Part shown: positions 61,900 through 64,000 of the stretch, in pieces
How the letters are laid out: each line of letters starts with the position of its first letter
How positions within the stretch are numbered: the first letter of the stretch is position 1
NCBI GenBank assembly: GCA_043228905.1
Contig: JBHGNT010000001.1
Span: 14,818,001 to 14,882,000 of the forward strand
Length of the DNA stretch: 64,000 nt
DNA from: Azolla caroliniana
Taxonomy: Eukaryota; Plantae; Polypodiophyta
Direction of reading: 5' to 3'
Notes under the pieces: model-generated
Seen by the model: only the letters and a program-made list of their open reading frames with translations
Told to the model about the DNA's origin: nothing
The model's database searches: none
Position numbers and translations under genes: made by a program

Positions 61900-62850
61900 G
61901 AGACAGTCACACATTATTTGCCTTCGAGATCTCTTGAAGAAGAAGAATTGATCTACAATGTCCATATTGTTCATAATTCCCAAAACCCCTTGCCCATTTT
62001 GAAAAAAACAACCAAGTATCCAGAAGTTCATTCCAAAATGAAGTCTTGGGAGACGACTAGAAAGGTGTTACCTTATCTGTTCCAAAACATGCTTACGGTT
62101 TGGCAATTCATGACCGATCGTAAGCATCTTGTTACACAATGTGTCTTTGTTGGAGATTATTCCAACTAGTAAAACCCCAAGAAAGCAATGGCAAAGGAAA
62201 TCAATTTCATGCATTTACACATATCTGCCAACATTGTTGCCCATATTTGGGTTTGCTTCTATAAGTCAATCAGCATTGTTGATTTTCTTGCTAGCATGTG
62301 AATCTGCAAATCTTGTATATTTAAATGTCACAATCACTTCATTGAGCTGACTTTACCTCGTGACAATAATATTAAACCATTACCTACCTGTTTTTCCTTC
62401 CAAATTTGCTATAGAATCCCTCCCATTATGTTCACGGTTGTCTTTTGGATCAATTGATTAATGGAAGATAGAACTGCATACATTCTAGGAGCATTGTTTG
62501 AACTATCCTTAATTTTACATTCAATGACCATGCTGTAATTTCCCAATAACGTGGATACTGTCTTATCTTATGCAATACCCATTCATCTTTCTGTTGTTTT
62601 CGTGTGATGCTCCAATGTAGTGGATAGCCTTGTGCCATAACAAGTTTTTCCATGCATGCATGTTGAGGGGCACTAACTTGGATTTTGTAAGCTTGAGCTT
62701 GAAACCCTAGTGGAACCCTGTATAATTGCAAAGCATCCATAATAATGTACATGCTGAGACATAAAAAAAGGGTATCATGAACAAAGGCATGAATCGAGAA
62801 ATGGTGTTTGTTCACCATTGGGCAGATTCTATAATGAACCTTGGAAAAGA
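61900..62850 (-). pseudogene. Highly decayed L1 LINE ORF2 3' fragment
   Basis: ORF 62450-62818 (GYPLHW..WVLHKIRQ..YWEITAWSLNVKLRIVQTML..FYLPLI) parallels the L1 segment at 35193-35966. Confidence 0.6.
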
Positions 62851-62977
62851 CCCAATTGAACCAGATTAGCCATGTGTAGACAGCAGAAAAAGCAGATGAG
62901 TCGCAATGGCCTTTATGAAGATCGCATATAGTGGACAGCCATGGATTACTGATTCAAAGAATAATGTCCTTGAATCT

Positions 62978-64000
62978 TGTTACAAATCGGTAGAGTAGAG
63001 AGCCAAGAGGGAATAGTTCGGTGAAGAAAAAAACTCTGTTTCAAAAGGGGGGGGGAAACAGAGAAAACGATGGCTGTATATTCTGCCACACTCCATGTCA
63101 CAGAGGGGTTTTACTCACACACACTATCTCTAGTAAAGGGGTAAAAATAAAGTAAAAAGTAAAAACCAGAGCACAGGCCATTTTGGCCTTTTCACACTAT
63201 GTACGTATAACAATCTCCCACGAAAAGGCCTAAACTAAGAGTGCAAACAATAGAAGGTTGAACTATACAAGGCCTATACCTCCCACCTGATGGACATGTT
63301 ACATAAGGCACTAGGTGATCCCCATCAAGTGACAACAATGCCCCAATGCATCTTGTGGTAAGGCCTTGGTCAATGCGTCTGCGGTATTTTCTCGAGACAC
63401 AACCTTCTCAAGGCTAATGCAACCATTAGCTAAGCATTCACGAATGAAATGGTATCGCACTCCAATGTGCTTGGTCTTTGCATGATATATTGGGTTCTTA
63501 ACCAAAGCAATGACACTCTGACTATCACAAAACAGTTTGGGTACATGTTGCGGTATATCCATGTCACTAGCTAATCGAGACAACCAAATTGCTTCAGTAC
63601 ATGCCTCACTGGCTGCAACATACTCAGCCTCTGTAGTTGACAATGTGACACATTATTGGAGACGGGATCTCCAAGCAATGGCACCTCCCATAATTTGAAA
63701 AATGTACCCTAAAGTAGATTTCCTACTATCAGCACATCCAGCATAATCTGAATCTATATATCCGATGATAGAGACATCACCTCTACCCAAGCATAGACAT
63801 TTATCTTTAGTGCCACTCAAATATCTCATTATCAACTTGAGTGCATCCCAATGTTTCTTACCAAGATTTGACATGAATCGACTTACTGCTCCCACCACAA
63901 ATGCAATGTCTAGTCTAGTAGCCACCATGGCGTACATGAGACTACCAATCCCAAATTGATAAGGAACCTTGGTCATGAATTCCTTGTCCTCATCAAATGT
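62978..64000 (-). mobile_element. Copia-F 3' end: RT end and RNase H (63311-64000), PPT and short 3' LTR (62978-63212)
   Basis: Motifs GSLMYAMVATR, DSDYAGC..RKST, STTEAEY, CDSQS..HAKTKHI..ADALTK. PPT GTGGGAGAT is followed by TGTTA...TAACA. Confidence 0.85.

Overview
Eukaryotic, plant-type heterochromatic DNA, probably from a non-seed land plant (inferred from the Tcn1-like chromovirus and the RTE-X LINE; not established). Most of the window is nested retrotransposons. (1) A Tcn1/Tf1-like chromoviral Gypsy tandem shares one LTR (3607-13033); that LTR is split by an RTE-X LINE, and the upstream copy is internally inverted. (2) A three-level nest: Copia-B contains Copia-A (TSD ATATC), which contains an intact young Copia-C (16686-22298, apparently identical 750-bp LTRs, 1360-aa ORF) and a near-intact chromoviral Gypsy (23951-30967). 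(3) An L1 LINE is split by a gag-only LTR element (TSD GATAA) whose 5' LTR carries Copia-D (TSD AAAAA). (4) Copia-E, an L1 fragment and the 3' end of Copia-F follow. The only host gene seen is an intronless L-type-lectin membrane protein with no kinase domain (48103-49590, minus). Most notable signals: a tRNA-independent self-priming PBS and a frameshift-like heptamer plus hairpin in the Tcn1-like element; a 5-unit hairpin array with unique spacers, a tRNA-like CCA-ending module and a probable intron in the 1.7-kb leader of the second Gypsy; and an apparent Gag capsid swap in the youngest Copia. All calls were made by eye, with no database searches.
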